A stretch of 64,000 bases of DNA from an uncultured Actinomycetes bacterium (GTDB taxonomy: Bacteria; Actinomycetota; Thermoleophilia; RBG-16-64-13): NCBI GenBank assembly GCA_963841735.1, contig CAWJDT010000001.1, positions 1,568,001 through 1,632,000 of the forward strand, given 5' to 3'. Below, in pieces: positions 10,348 through 20,716 of this stretch (the stretch's first letter is position 1; the number at the start of each line of letters is the position of its first letter). The translations under genes and the position numbers were made by a program. The notes below the pieces were generated by a model. It was not told where the DNA came from, ran no database searches, and worked only from the letters and a program-made list of their open reading frames with translations.

Positions 10348-13300
10348 TCACCCCACCTTCTTCGGTATGGCATTAGTCCTGGCTCCTGGCGCAACCACCT
10401 CCGGCGCTGGTTGCCCTCCAGTCTTCCTCCTCCCCATTACCTCCTCCAGATCCAGCACCTCCTCGGCCACGATAGCCAACCCCCGCTTATGGTTGTTCTG
10501 CAGCCTCCCTCTCACCAGGAAGTAGCTGGCCTGGGCCACCACCGGGGCGATCTTGGCGAGCTTGCTCTCGAAGCACACGCACTCGTAGAGGCCGTAGGCG
10601 TCCTCTAGGGTGAGGAACATCGTCCTTTTTCCCGAACGCATCCAGGGGTTCTGGGCCCGTTCGTAGACGCCGGCCACCGTCACCGGCACCTCGTCGCCCA
10701 TACTGGGGAGCTCGTAGCTCATGCGCACGCCCATGCGGCGGAGTTCCTCCTCATATAGAGAGAGGGGATGGCAGCTCACCGTGAGTCCCAGGAGTTCGAG
10801 TTCGGAGCGGACCTTGTCCTCGAGGCTCCACCGGCGCTCTAGGCCCGCGCGGCTGGGCGGGGAAAAGAATGCCCGCAGTTGGCCGCGCCTCCCTCCGGAC
10901 GACCCGGCCAGCGCCTCGAGGCGATCATGAAGAAGTGGCAGTCTCCAGAGCAGTTCGGTGCGGTCGGGCTCTAGCGAGTCGAAGGCCCCCACCCGGATGA
11001 GGTTCTCGGCCACCGGGCAGTCGATGCGGGTGCGCAGGTAGAAGTCCTCGAAGGATGTGAAGGGGCCGTGGCGGCGCTCCTGTTCGATGCGGTCGAGGGA
11101 GCGGTCGCCCATCTGCTTGAGGTACTTGAATCCTACCCGCAGGGCGCGGCCGGCGTCGGGGGCGATGCCGGTGCTGGGGGCGAGGCAGGCGCCCGGCTCC
11201 ACGCCGCCGCGGGCGCGGGGCGCACGGGGGAGGGTGAGGTCGCCGGGGAGCGGCGGCGCTTCGCGCCGCGCTCCGGCCGGCGGTGGCTCACCACCCGGGG
11301 TCAGACTGGCTGTCGGCGGTGCGGCGCTGCCGGTCAAAACAGCGCCAGATTTCGCATCATCCCCACGGTGGTCGTCGCCGGAAAGCTTCTGCTCCAGCGC
11401 CACCCTCAGGGCCTCGGCATAGGCCGACTCGCCCTCCTGCTCGGCGCTCAGCTCGGCCAGATCGGCCTCGGTGAGCCCCCAGTGGTGCTCGGCGGTCCAG
11501 GCCTGGGCGAAGGGGTCGTAGGGGGTTTGCGCCCCGGGGGTGTGCGGCACCGCACTGTCGGTGTTCGGCGCCGCCTCACCGTCGGTCTGCGGCAGCGCCT
11601 CACCCGCGGCCCAAGGGTCCGGCGGCACCTCGTCCTCCACGGTAAAGCCGCGCCCCGACAGGTTGATATCCAGCGGCCGCACCTCCAGCCCAAACCGCCG
11701 CGCGTCGTTCAGCACCGTCCTTGGCGTGTAGAAGCCCATGGGGTAGTTGTTGAGCACCGAGCACAGGAACTCGGCCGGGTAGTAGGCCTTGAGGTAGGCG
11801 GTGGCGTAGGCGATGACGGCGAAGCACACCGAGTGGCTCTTGTTGAACCCGTAGGCGGCGAAGCCCTCCAGCTGGCGGAAGACCTCGCGGGCGGCGTCGG
11901 GGGGCACGCCCTGGGCGATGGCGCCGGCGATGAAGGTCTCGCCGATCTTGGCCATCTCCTCCCGGCTGCGGTCGCGGGTCATGGCGCGGCGGAGGGAGTC
12001 GGCGTCGGCCAGGTCGAACCCGGCCACCGACTGGGCTATGCGGAGCACCTGCTCCTGGTAGAGGATCACCCCGTAGGTATCGGCCACGGCCTCGGCCATG
12101 GCGGGGTGGGGGAGGACGACCGGCTCCAGGCCCCAGCGGCGGTCGATGAAGGGGCCGATCATCTCGGCCTCCAGCGGTCCGGGGCGGTAGAGGGCGATGG
12201 CGGCGATGACGTCGTCGAAGTCCCGTTCCTGCAGACGGCTGGCGAGGTTGCGCTGGCCGGCCGACTCCAGTTGGAACAGCCCGATGGAGCCTCCGTTGCT
12301 GACGATCTCGTAGGCGGCGGGATCGTCGGGCGGTAGCTCGTAGGGCCGGATGCGCCGGCCGGTGCGCTGCCTTATCAGGTGCACGCACTCCGAGACGGCC
12401 GAGTGGGTGCGGAGGCCCAGGATGTCCATCTTGACCAGGCCCAGGGCGGCGACGTCGTCCTTGTTGAACTGGAGAACGACGACCCCTTTCGCGGCCCACT
12501 GGAGCGGGGCGTAGTAGGTGATGGGCTTGTCGGCGATGACGAAGCCCCCCAGGTGCGTGCCCAGGTGCATGGGGAAGGAGTCGAGGCGTTCGACCAGGTC
12601 GAGGACGCCGGGGGTCCGGGACTGCCGGGGGCGCCGTCACCGGCGGGCGCGCCCCGTCTTGTAGCGGCGAGTCCTTCAGCTCCGGCCAGGCTCCGGCCAG
12701 ATACTCCCTCATCCGCGCCGCGTCCCCGTGGTGGGGCACGTGCTTGGCCAGGGCGTTGATCTCGGTGGGCGCGAACCCCAGGGCCTCGGCCACGATGCGC
12801 ACCGCCGAGCGGGGGCTCATGGTGTTGACGTTGGCCACCACAGCCACGTTTTGGTCTCCGAAAGTCTTGTAGATGTGCTCTATCACCTCGTCCCGGCGCG
12901 ACGAACAGAAGTCCACGTCGATGTCGGGCATCTCGCGGCGGTTGGGATTGAGAAACCGCTCGAACAGCAGATTGTGGCGGATAGGCTCCGACGCCGTTAT
13001 GTCCAGCGCGTGGCAGACGATGGAGTTGCCGGCCGACCCGCGGCCGCTGCACGCCACCCCTTTGGCGCGTGCCCACCTGACGATGTCGTGCACCACCAAG
13101 AAATAATGGGCGAATCCCATCTGCTGGATCATGCGGAGCTCCTTCTCCAGAAGCTCCACCGCCCGCGGGGGCACGGGCTTGTAGCGCCGGGCGATGCCCC
13201 GGAAGCAGCGCTTGGCCAGGAGCGAGTAGGCCGTCTCGCCGGCGGGCAACGCCGACCTGGGGGAAGTGGAAGGTGCCGAGGTCGAGGTCTACGTTGCAGC

Positions 13301-14842
13301 GCTGGGCGATGGCCCACGTGGCGGCGAGCGGCGACGTCGCCGGGGCGCCGGCCTCCGTCCCGACCGGCGCTGCCGGCACCGTCCCAGCCCGTCTCACGCT
13401 CCACCTTGTATGCAACATACGTTGCATTGCAATACTCATGCATCAGACCGTAGTCTGCTGGTGCCCAATCGCCCCACCAGTCCGGGGGCTCTTCCTCGGC
13501 GCCGATCAGCCCCAGCAGCGGGCTCGGCAAGAGTCTCTAGCTCAGCCTTAGACTGAAGGTAGCGGACGCCGGGCACTGGTTCCGGATAGCCCGACAGTGG
13601 CTTATCGCGGCCGGCGGCGCGGCAGACCAGGTGAAGCGCGCGATCATTCTCACCTGCGTAATGGGCATTGGTGGTAAGCACGGTGCCGACGCCGCAGGCG
13701 TCCGGCCAGGCGGGCCAGGCGCTCGCAGTAGGTGAGGCAGGAGAGGCGCCAGGGTCGGCCGTCGCGGTGGAAGCCGACGTCGAAGTCGGCGGGATTGAGC
13801 CGTCTGTGGGGCGCCGCGGGGCAGGTCGGGACGGGCGGCGCTGCGGGGCGGCGACCAGACGGCGTAGCGCGCGTCTGTGCGGGCGCCTCGGCCACAGCCG
13901 TGCGCCAAGATGCAACCAAAGTTGCAGAAGAAGCAAGTACGCAACGGGGCAGAATGGGGGGCGATGACTGTGGAGTAAGGCGGTGACTGTGGGGAAGGGG
14001 GCCGGGCAGCGCTGGGGCCCAGGGGGCGCAGGCCTTAGGGCTGCGGCCGGCTGCGTGGTGGGGCGATGCCGGAGACGGTTGCCGTCGGCGCGGATCTTCT
14101 CGTAGACAGGGGAGCCGTGCTGGCCGGCGTGGGCCTCCTGGTGAGGTTCGTAGCCGAAGTACTGCAGCTCTACATAGAGGTGGTCGCGATGCGAAGAGCG
14201 TCGCAGAGGCGGAGGAGGGCGGCGCGGGCCTCCTCGTCGCGGCCGGCGTCGACGAGGGAGCCGATCTCTCCGTGCCTGCAGCCGGTGAGGCAGATGAGGC
14301 CCTCGGCGTGAGCGGCGAGTGACTCGACGGTGACGGTGGGGGGCCGCTCCCGCTCGGGATCGGCCAGGTGGGCGGCGGAGAGCAGGCGGCATAGGTTGGC
14401 ATAGCCCTCGCGGGTCTCGGCGAGTAGCACCAGGTGGTGCGGGTCGGCCGGGGCGCCGCGGCGCGCCGGCGGCTGCGGCCGCGTTGCGCGGCGTCTGCGC
14501 CGGCCGTCGCGGCTCGGCGGTCGCCGGCACCGCGCCGCCACCGCCGGGCAGCAGCGACTCCACCCGCACCTCGGCTCCGAAGATGGGCTTGATGCCGTGC
14601 TTGGCGCAGGCCTTGGCGAAGCGCACGGCGCCGTAGAGGCCGTCGTGGTCGGTGAGAGCCAGGGCCGGCTGCCCCAGCTCGGCCGCCCGGGCGACCAACT
14701 CCTCGATCCGGCTGCCACCGTCGAGGAACGAGAAGTTCGAGTGCACGTGCAGGTGGACGAACGGGGTGGAGTCGGTCGGCGCCTGGGCCTCGGCGTCGGC
14801 TGAGGCGAAGGAGTCGCCCGGTGGAGATTGGCTATTTATCAT
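10348..14842 (-). CDS. dnaE2: Error-prone DNA polymerase III alpha DnaE2 (several apparent frameshifts between about 12570 and 14500)
   Basis: PHP motifs HLHVHSNFSFLDG and ALTDHDGLYG, RGSAGNS, catalytic PDIDVDF, HLGGFVI, KMDILGL, and OB-fold FLTLED, spread over several frames. Confidence 0.9.
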
Positions 14843-14864
14843 TACAAGGGCCGGCCCGTGTTGT

Positions 14865-14918
14865 GAACATATGTTCGTAGGAAACAGCAGTATAGCGAAC
14901 AAATGTTCGTGAGCCCAA
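14865..14918 (-). promoter_or_regulatory. dnaE2 promoter with two LexA (SOS) boxes
   Basis: GAACATATGTTC (14865-14876) and CGAACAAATGTTCG (14896-14909) flank a minus-strand TATACT -10 box (14889-14894). Confidence 0.88.
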
Positions 14919-15260
14919 GCCGCAGTGGTTCTACCTTGGCTGGTTACCTCACCCGTCAGACGGACATGGAACCCCCCGATTGATCGCTACGCTCAGTGTC
15001 GATTCCGTTGGGCGGCCCTACGTACCAACAGACAATACTTCCCGGGGGTCCAGCCGTGTCCTCCGCTTGCTCAGGGGTCAGTGCTTTGGTAGGGTGACTA
15101 TCAGACAGTAGTTTGGCAGTGCTAAAGCGCCGGGCATTTGGCAGCCCGGCGAGGATCGCAAGTCCGAGAGCCGGAGGGGTGGATGATCCAAGCGCCGTTC
15201 AATGCGTCCTGGAGCACCTCATATCGTCATGTCCTGCCGCCCATGTTTGACCTTCGCCGA

Positions 15261-15352
15261 TCTCGGTCATCAAACGTCTAGGTCATCATCCATCTAGGTC
15301 ATCATCCATCTAGGTCATCATCCATCTAGGTCATCATCCGTCTAGGTCATCA
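15261..15352. repeat. 16-bp tandem repeat, about 6 units (TCTAGGTCATCATCCA)
   Basis: Units start at 15261, 15277, 15293, 15309, 15325 and 15341; no spacers. Confidence 0.95.
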
Positions 15353-15510
15353 GTCCGGAACCGCCGGCCTGGTTTCAACGGAAAGGAGCGTGTGGCAAGA
15401 AGAGAAGAATCCGAGCCCTGCTACGAAGTCGTCTCATTGCTGCGAATCTTCAGACAGTCGGTTGGTCAGGTGCAGTTGGGAGGAAATCTCCCGAATTCTT
15501 ATTTGAGGGG

Positions 15511-16689
15511 ATGGTTTTGATGAAACAACGCGTATCTTTGATGCTCGTGGGGGCCATGATCTTGATGGTCGCTCTTGCCGGAGTGGTGGTGGCTGGTTGT
15601 GGCAACGACGAAGGCACGACTACCACTGTTCCCCAGGCCGCTACTACAGTGACCACGGGCGCCACTACAGTTACAACGGGCGCAACTACAGAGACCACAG
15701 CTTTCACTGGTGACGTCATCACGCTCAAGTATGCCGATCAGAACGCTGAAACCGGCTGGGTGGGCAAGGAAGCTGCCAACCCGTGGCTGGACAAGGTCGA
15801 AGCGGCTACCGGCGGCCAGGTAAAGATCGAACGCTACTTCGGCCAGACCCTCTTTCCCGGCAAGGACACCTGGGAAAGCCTCAAGGCCGGCATAGCCGAT
15901 CTCGGGTGGTGCATGCACCAGTACTGGGCCAACTTGACTCCGCTCGCCGAAGTGGTGACCCTGCCGTTCATGCCCTTCGAGAGTGCCGAGCAGGCAGGCG
16001 CGATTATGTGGCAGCTGTACACGGAGTTCCCATCGATCGCTGCGCAGTTCTCGGACAACCATCCGGTGGCGCTGTGGGCCTCCAGCCCCTACTACCTACT
16101 CACCACCGATAAGGCCGTGCGCACTCCTGCGGACGTCAAAGGCCTCAAGATCCGCGCCGTCGGTGGACCGCCGACCGATTTGGTCGAGGCTCTTGGCGGC
16201 GTCGCCGTGAGCATGCCGATGCCGGATACCTATCAAGCCCTTCAGACGGGAGTACTCGACGGTATTCTGACCAACTGGGAATCGCTGTATTCCTTCCGTC
16301 ACTATGAAGTAGGCAAGTACCTGACCGTCATACCGTTCTGCACGGGCCTGTTCGGCATCAGCTTCAACAACAACAGCTGGGACAATCTCCCCGACAACGT
16401 GAAAGCGGCCATTGACACCGTGAGCGGGATGGAAGGCTCGAAGTTCTGGGGCCACAACATGTTCGACACGGCTGCCGCGGCGGTCAAGCAGATCGCTGAA
16501 GACGGCGGCTATAACCTCGAATACATAACCCCCACGGCCGAGGAGATCGAAACCACGTGGAAGGCGCAGTACGGTCAGCCGTTGTGGGACGAATGGGTTG
16601 CGAACATGGTCGCCGCGGGCAACACCGATGCCCAGGCCATCCTTGACAGGTGTCTCGAGCTGATCGAGAACGGCGTGCCGGGACAGTAG
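15511..16689 (+). CDS. dctP: TRAP transporter solute-binding lipoprotein
   Basis: Lipobox VAGC; KGLKIRAVG, YQALQTGVLDG. Confidence 0.92.
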   Translation: MVLMKQRVSLMLVGAMILMVALAGVVVAGCGNDEGTTTTVPQAATTVTTGATTVTTGATTETTAFTGDVITLKYADQNAETGWVGKEAANPWLDKVEAATGGQVKIERYFGQTLFPGKDTWESLKAGIADLGWCMHQYWANLTPLAEVVTLPFMPFESAEQAGAIMWQLYTEFPSIAAQFSDNHPVALWASSPYYLLTTDKAVRTPADVKGLKIRAVGGPPTDLVEALGGVAVSMPMPDTYQALQTGVLDGILTNWESLYSFRHYEVGKYLTVIPFCTGLFGISFNNNSWDNLPDNVKAAIDTVSGMEGSKFWGHNMFDTAAAAVKQIAEDGGYNLEYITPTAEEIETTWKAQYGQPLWDEWVANMVAAGNTDAQAILDRCLELIENGVPGQ

Positions 16690-16749
16690 TCTGCGGAATC
16701 ACGCGACACTGACAAGAGCCTACAACACTAACTAGCAAGGTAGACTGGC

Positions 16750-17286
16750 ATGATCCTGGCCCGCACGTGGAAAACGTTGGACGCGATACTCGAGCGGACC
16801 GCCAGCATCTTCTACGGTATTGGGAGCGGCATCCTCGCGGTGCTCATGGTGTTCACCTTCGTGGATGTCGCTCTCCGATACTTCTTCAATAGTCCCATCA
16901 AGGGAGACTACGAAATCTCTTCGTACCTGATGGTGCTGGTGATCCCGAGTGGCCTTGCACTCACCTCTCTCAGGAAGAGGCACATCAGGGTGGACGTATT
17001 CACCCAGTTCCTGCCCAAGAGGGTACAGTCAGGGCTGAGCACCTTCGCCTATCTGCTCACTCTGGGTTTCGTCGGTTTCATGGTCTGGCAGACCGCGAAG
17101 TACGCCTCGCTACTCATCGCTTCCATGCAGCAAGCGACCACCATAGCTATTCCCGACTTCCCGTTCGTCATCGTATGCACGATCTATCTCATCATGTTCG
17201 CACTCGTGATCCTACGTGATCTGATCATCTATGCTCGTCTTACCGTGCGTGGCGGGAAGGAGGATGACGCTCATGTCGCCAGTTGA
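16750..17286 (+). CDS. dctQ: TRAP transporter small permease
   Basis: DVALRYFFNSPI, HIRVD; 4 TM helices. Confidence 0.92.
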   Translation: MILARTWKTLDAILERTASIFYGIGSGILAVLMVFTFVDVALRYFFNSPIKGDYEISSYLMVLVIPSGLALTSLRKRHIRVDVFTQFLPKRVQSGLSTFAYLLTLGFVGFMVWQTAKYASLLIASMQQATTIAIPDFPFVIVCTIYLIMFALVILRDLIIYARLTVRGGKEDDAHVAS

Positions 17287-18577
17287 AATCGGCATAATTG
17301 GAATGGGCGTCCTCTTCACCCTTCTCTTTTTGGGGGTCCCGGTCGGTGTGGCTCTCGGAGCAGTCGGCTTTGCGGGTTTCGCCGCGGTTTCAGGATTCAA
17401 CTCGGCCCTGGGGATTGTCAGAATCGTGCCGTATTCGACGTTCTCGAACTACGGTCTGATAGTGATCCCGCTCTTCGTCCTGATGGGCAACTTTGCCTTC
17501 CATTCCGGCATGAGCGCAGACTTGTACAAGACCGCCCGCGCCTGGTTTGGCCGGGTGCGTGGTGGTCTGGCTATGTCGACCGTGGCGGCGTGCGCCGCGT
17601 TCGGCGCCGTCTGCGGCTCCAGTGTCGCCACCGCGGCCACCATGGGCAAGATCGCTCTTCCGGAGATGAAGAAGCACAACTACGATGACAGCCTCGCTAC
17701 CGGGACTCTGGCCGCGGGAGGAACGCTGGGTATCCTCATTCCTCCCAGCGTGATCATGATCATCTACGGGGTGCTGACGGAGAACTCCATCGGCAAGCTG
17801 TTCCTCGCCGGGTTTCTGCCGGGGATTATGCAGGCGATCTTCTACATAATCCTCATCGGTGGCATATGTATGGTGTACAAGAATAAGGGGCCCGCGGGCG
17901 CAGCCGTATCCATTTGGAACAAGGTGAAATCCCTGCGGCATTCTTGGGCCGTGCTGATTCTATTTGCACTTGTCATCGGGGGCATCTACTTCGGCATCTT
18001 CAGTCCTGTCGAAGCCGCCGGCATCGGTGCATTCGGCGCACTCGTGATCTCCCTTGCGAAGCGGCAGCTCACCTGGAATGGGTTCCAAGCGAGTCTCACC
18101 GACGCGGTCATGACATCGAGCATGATCTTTCTCATCATGCTCGGGGCCAACATGTTCGGATACTTCCTCGCGGTGACCAGACTTCCGCAGGCCCTATCCG
18201 ACTCGTTGCTGGGCATGGATGTCAGCAGATATTGGATTCTCCTGATCATCATGATCGTCTACATCGTACTCGGCATGTTCATGGACTCCATGGCCATGAT
18301 CCTCGTTACGTTGCCGATCTTCTATCCGGTCGTCATGGAGTTGGGTTTCGACCCGATATGGTTCGGGATCATCGTGGTGAGGGTCGCCGAGATCGGATTG
18401 ATCACACCGCCGGTGGGGATGAACCTCTACGTGATCCAGGGGATAGCAGAAAAGGTGCCGATGGGCAAGGTGTTTAGAGGAGCGGCACCGTTCGTAGTGG
18501 TGGACTTTGTGCACGTCGCGGTGCTCGTGGCATTTCCAGTGATCGCGACGTTCCTGCCCAACCTGCTTATGAAGTAG
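17273..18577 (+). CDS. dctM: TRAP transporter large permease
   Basis: IPLFVLMG, GTLGILIPPS, GLITPPVG. Confidence 0.95.
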   Translation: MSPVEIGIIGMGVLFTLLFLGVPVGVALGAVGFAGFAAVSGFNSALGIVRIVPYSTFSNYGLIVIPLFVLMGNFAFHSGMSADLYKTARAWFGRVRGGLAMSTVAACAAFGAVCGSSVATAATMGKIALPEMKKHNYDDSLATGTLAAGGTLGILIPPSVIMIIYGVLTENSIGKLFLAGFLPGIMQAIFYIILIGGICMVYKNKGPAGAAVSIWNKVKSLRHSWAVLILFALVIGGIYFGIFSPVEAAGIGAFGALVISLAKRQLTWNGFQASLTDAVMTSSMIFLIMLGANMFGYFLAVTRLPQALSDSLLGMDVSRYWILLIIMIVYIVLGMFMDSMAMILVTLPIFYPVVMELGFDPIWFGIIVVRVAEIGLITPPVGMNLYVIQGIAEKVPMGKVFRGAAPFVVVDFVHVAVLVAFPVIATFLPNLLMK

Positions 18578-18622
18578 GTCCGGTAATCCACAGATAGCTC
18601 TAGGTTGGCGCGCGAAGTGATA

Positions 18623-18653
18623 CGGCCCCCGTCCGGAATACCGGGCGGGGGCC
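18623..18653 (+). terminator. GC-rich hairpin after the TRAP operon
   Basis: GGCCCCCGTCCGG...CCGGGCGGGGGCC stem. Confidence 0.55.
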
Positions 18654-18946
18654 GTTGTCGATGGCCGGCGCGGTCTCAGGGTAGTCCTCGTAGGTGAGGC
18701 AGCCAATGCAACGGGGATTGCGCAAATTGGGAACTGCAACATACCTGGCAAATGCGGGGTTTGTCTTTTCAAGCTTTAGCCAGAGGGCGCGCGGTCGGCC
18801 GAAGCGCAGCGCGGGTTGCCGTATCCGCAACGTACCCGAGGCATACCATACTGGTCGTTGCTTTGTGAGTGCGCACCATCTCAGCTGGTGTTATGGTTGA
18901 GAGAGTAGGTATATGAGGCGGAAGAGGACGGAGTGGAAGAGGCGCC

Positions 18947-19612
18947 ATGGCGGATCTCGTCAAACTGGACCTGAAGAAGCAGCTCAAGCACCTCTACCGG
19001 CCATCGGTTGGGAAGGTCGCCGTGGTCGACGTGCCCGAGATGCAGTTCGCCATGATCGACGGTCAGATCGAACCACACATGTCCCCTGGTGATTCTCCTC
19101 TGTTCTCCGTTGCCATCGGGGCGCTCTTCGGGCTGTCGTACACTCTCAAGTTCATGTCCAAGAAGAGGCTCATTGACCCGATGGACTACACGGTGATGGC
19201 GCTGGAGGGCTTGTGGACTACGCCCCAGGGCGGCGCCGACTACGCGGAGACGAACGAATGGCTCTGGACGCTTATGATTATGCAGCCTGATCACATCACC
19301 CTTGAGATGTTCGCCGAGGCCTTGGCCGAGCTAAAGGGCAGGCTGGCCAAACAGGGCAAAGACGGGGGAGATCCGGCCGTGTTCGACCGTATGCGCCTGG
19401 AGCGATTCAACGAGGGTCTCTGTGTGCAGGCCCTGCACGTCGGGCCCTATCTGGACGAACCGCGCACTCTTGAGCAGATGAGTTTGTTCGCGGACGCTAA
19501 CGGCTATAGCTTCTACGGCAGGCACCACGAGATCTATGTGGGCGATCCGCGGACGGCCAAGCCGGAAAACCTCCGGACCGTGCTGAGGCACCCCGTGATC
19601 AAGACGAAGTGA
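18947..19612 (+). CDS. GyrI-like small-molecule-binding domain protein
   Basis: LDLKKQLKHLY, LEGLW, HHEIYVGDPR. Confidence 0.85.
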   Translation: MADLVKLDLKKQLKHLYRPSVGKVAVVDVPEMQFAMIDGQIEPHMSPGDSPLFSVAIGALFGLSYTLKFMSKKRLIDPMDYTVMALEGLWTTPQGGADYAETNEWLWTLMIMQPDHITLEMFAEALAELKGRLAKQGKDGGDPAVFDRMRLERFNEGLCVQALHVGPYLDEPRTLEQMSLFADANGYSFYGRHHEIYVGDPRTAKPENLRTVLRHPVIKTK

Positions 19613-19801
19613 CACACCCCATACCTGTCGGACGGTTGGTGTGACGCTTAAGCGCGGCGGCGGGTTGAGCCGGGGCGGTATCGCCAGCCCGGTGGATGGC
19701 CTCGGTGGCTCTAGCGTCGGAGCGGTCCTCATTCTACAATCGCCTATGAGCAGTTGAGCCTGGGTGAGTAGGCCGGGTAGGGAACCGCATTTATTCGGAG
19801 G

Positions 19802-20716
19802 GTGGCCACCATGGATTCATGCAGATTGAAGGGCAGGTGCCGGTCGACGGTACGGTCGTCGGGTAGGCCGCTTGCCGGAGTGGTCGTCGCTGTTGCCTTG
19901 CTGATGGGGTTGAGTTTGATTCTTGTGGGTTGCGGCCCGAAGGTGGGGGCCACCCAGACGGTGGTGCTAGAGGAGCCGCTGGCCAGCGCCGCGGTCACCG
20001 ATGTCGAGCTGATCATGGGCGCCGGCACCCTCAAGGTCGCACCGGGGGCGATAGGGCTGATCTCAGGCACCATCCGCTGCAATGTGGAGGACTGGCTACC
20101 TGAGATCAAGCGCAATGATACCCGTCTCGTCATTGGGCAGAAGAGCCGAGATGCAGTATCAGACGCGGTGAGCAGCACCGTCAACAACTGGGATGTGAAG
20201 CTGGGTAGGTCGCCCATGCGTCTGACGGTAGTGGCTGGGGCATATGAAGGGTCCTTGGATCTGAGCGGCTTGACTCTGCAGGGACTGAGCGTCGAGGACG
20301 GCGCCGCCAAGAGCCAGATCAGGTTCAGTTCGGCAAACCCGGGCCAGATGGAACGTTTGCGCTACAAGACTGGCGCGTCTACCGTGTCCCTACTCGGACT
20401 GGCCAACGCCAACTTCAAGTCTATGGAGTTCACGGGCGGAGCCGGCACCTACAGTCTGGACTTCTCTGGGCAACTGCGTACCAAGGCTACCGCGCGGGTG
20501 GTGGTGGGCTCGGGGACTGTGCGTATTCAGGTGCCGGCCGACACCGCGGCTATAGTCAAGGTCAGCGGATCGCGGGCGGCCATCGACCTGCAGGGTGAAT
20601 GGGTGACCAAGGGCACGACCCACAGCACTCCCGCCCTCGACCTTGTCAAAGACGGCAAGATCCTGACCATCGAATTGGAGATGGGCACCGGCACAGCCAC
20701 ACTAGTAGTGAAATGA
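19802..20716 (+). CDS. Lipoprotein with a toast-rack (DUF2154/LiaF-like) beta-solenoid
   Basis: Lipobox LVGC; repeated GAG-turn strands. Confidence 0.65.
   Translation: MATMDSCRLKGRCRSTVRSSGRPLAGVVVAVALLMGLSLILVGCGPKVGATQTVVLEEPLASAAVTDVELIMGAGTLKVAPGAIGLISGTIRCNVEDWLPEIKRNDTRLVIGQKSRDAVSDAVSSTVNNWDVKLGRSPMRLTVVAGAYEGSLDLSGLTLQGLSVEDGAAKSQIRFSSANPGQMERLRYKTGASTVSLLGLANANFKSMEFTGGAGTYSLDFSGQLRTKATARVVVGSGTVRIQVPADTAAIVKVSGSRAAIDLQGEWVTKGTTHSTPALDLVKDGKILTIELEMGTGTATLVVK

Noticed and set aside
1298-12276. Diversity-generating retroelement TR/VR pair
   Set aside because: Differences are not adenine-specific, the repeats are kb-scale, and no reverse transcriptase is present.
11068-12336. Long antisense ORFs over dnaE2, amtB, ccoN and others
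   Set aside because: Shadow ORFs expected from high-GC codon bias; no recognisable motifs.
12570-14500. dnaE2 as a pseudogene or programmed-frameshift gene
   Set aside because: Similar single-base frameshifts affect istA, ccoO, leuA and acnA in GC-rich tracts while all motifs stay intact. Long-read consensus error is more parsimonious.
15113-15128. sigma54 promoter (GG-N10-GC) before the TRAP operon
   Set aside because: Weak match at -12 and no activator gene nearby.
15261-15352. CRISPR array
   Set aside because: Contiguous 16-bp units, no unique spacers, no cas genes.
18600-18940. Riboswitch or small gene upstream of the GyrI-like gene
   Set aside because: No recognisable aptamer consensus or convincing ORF.
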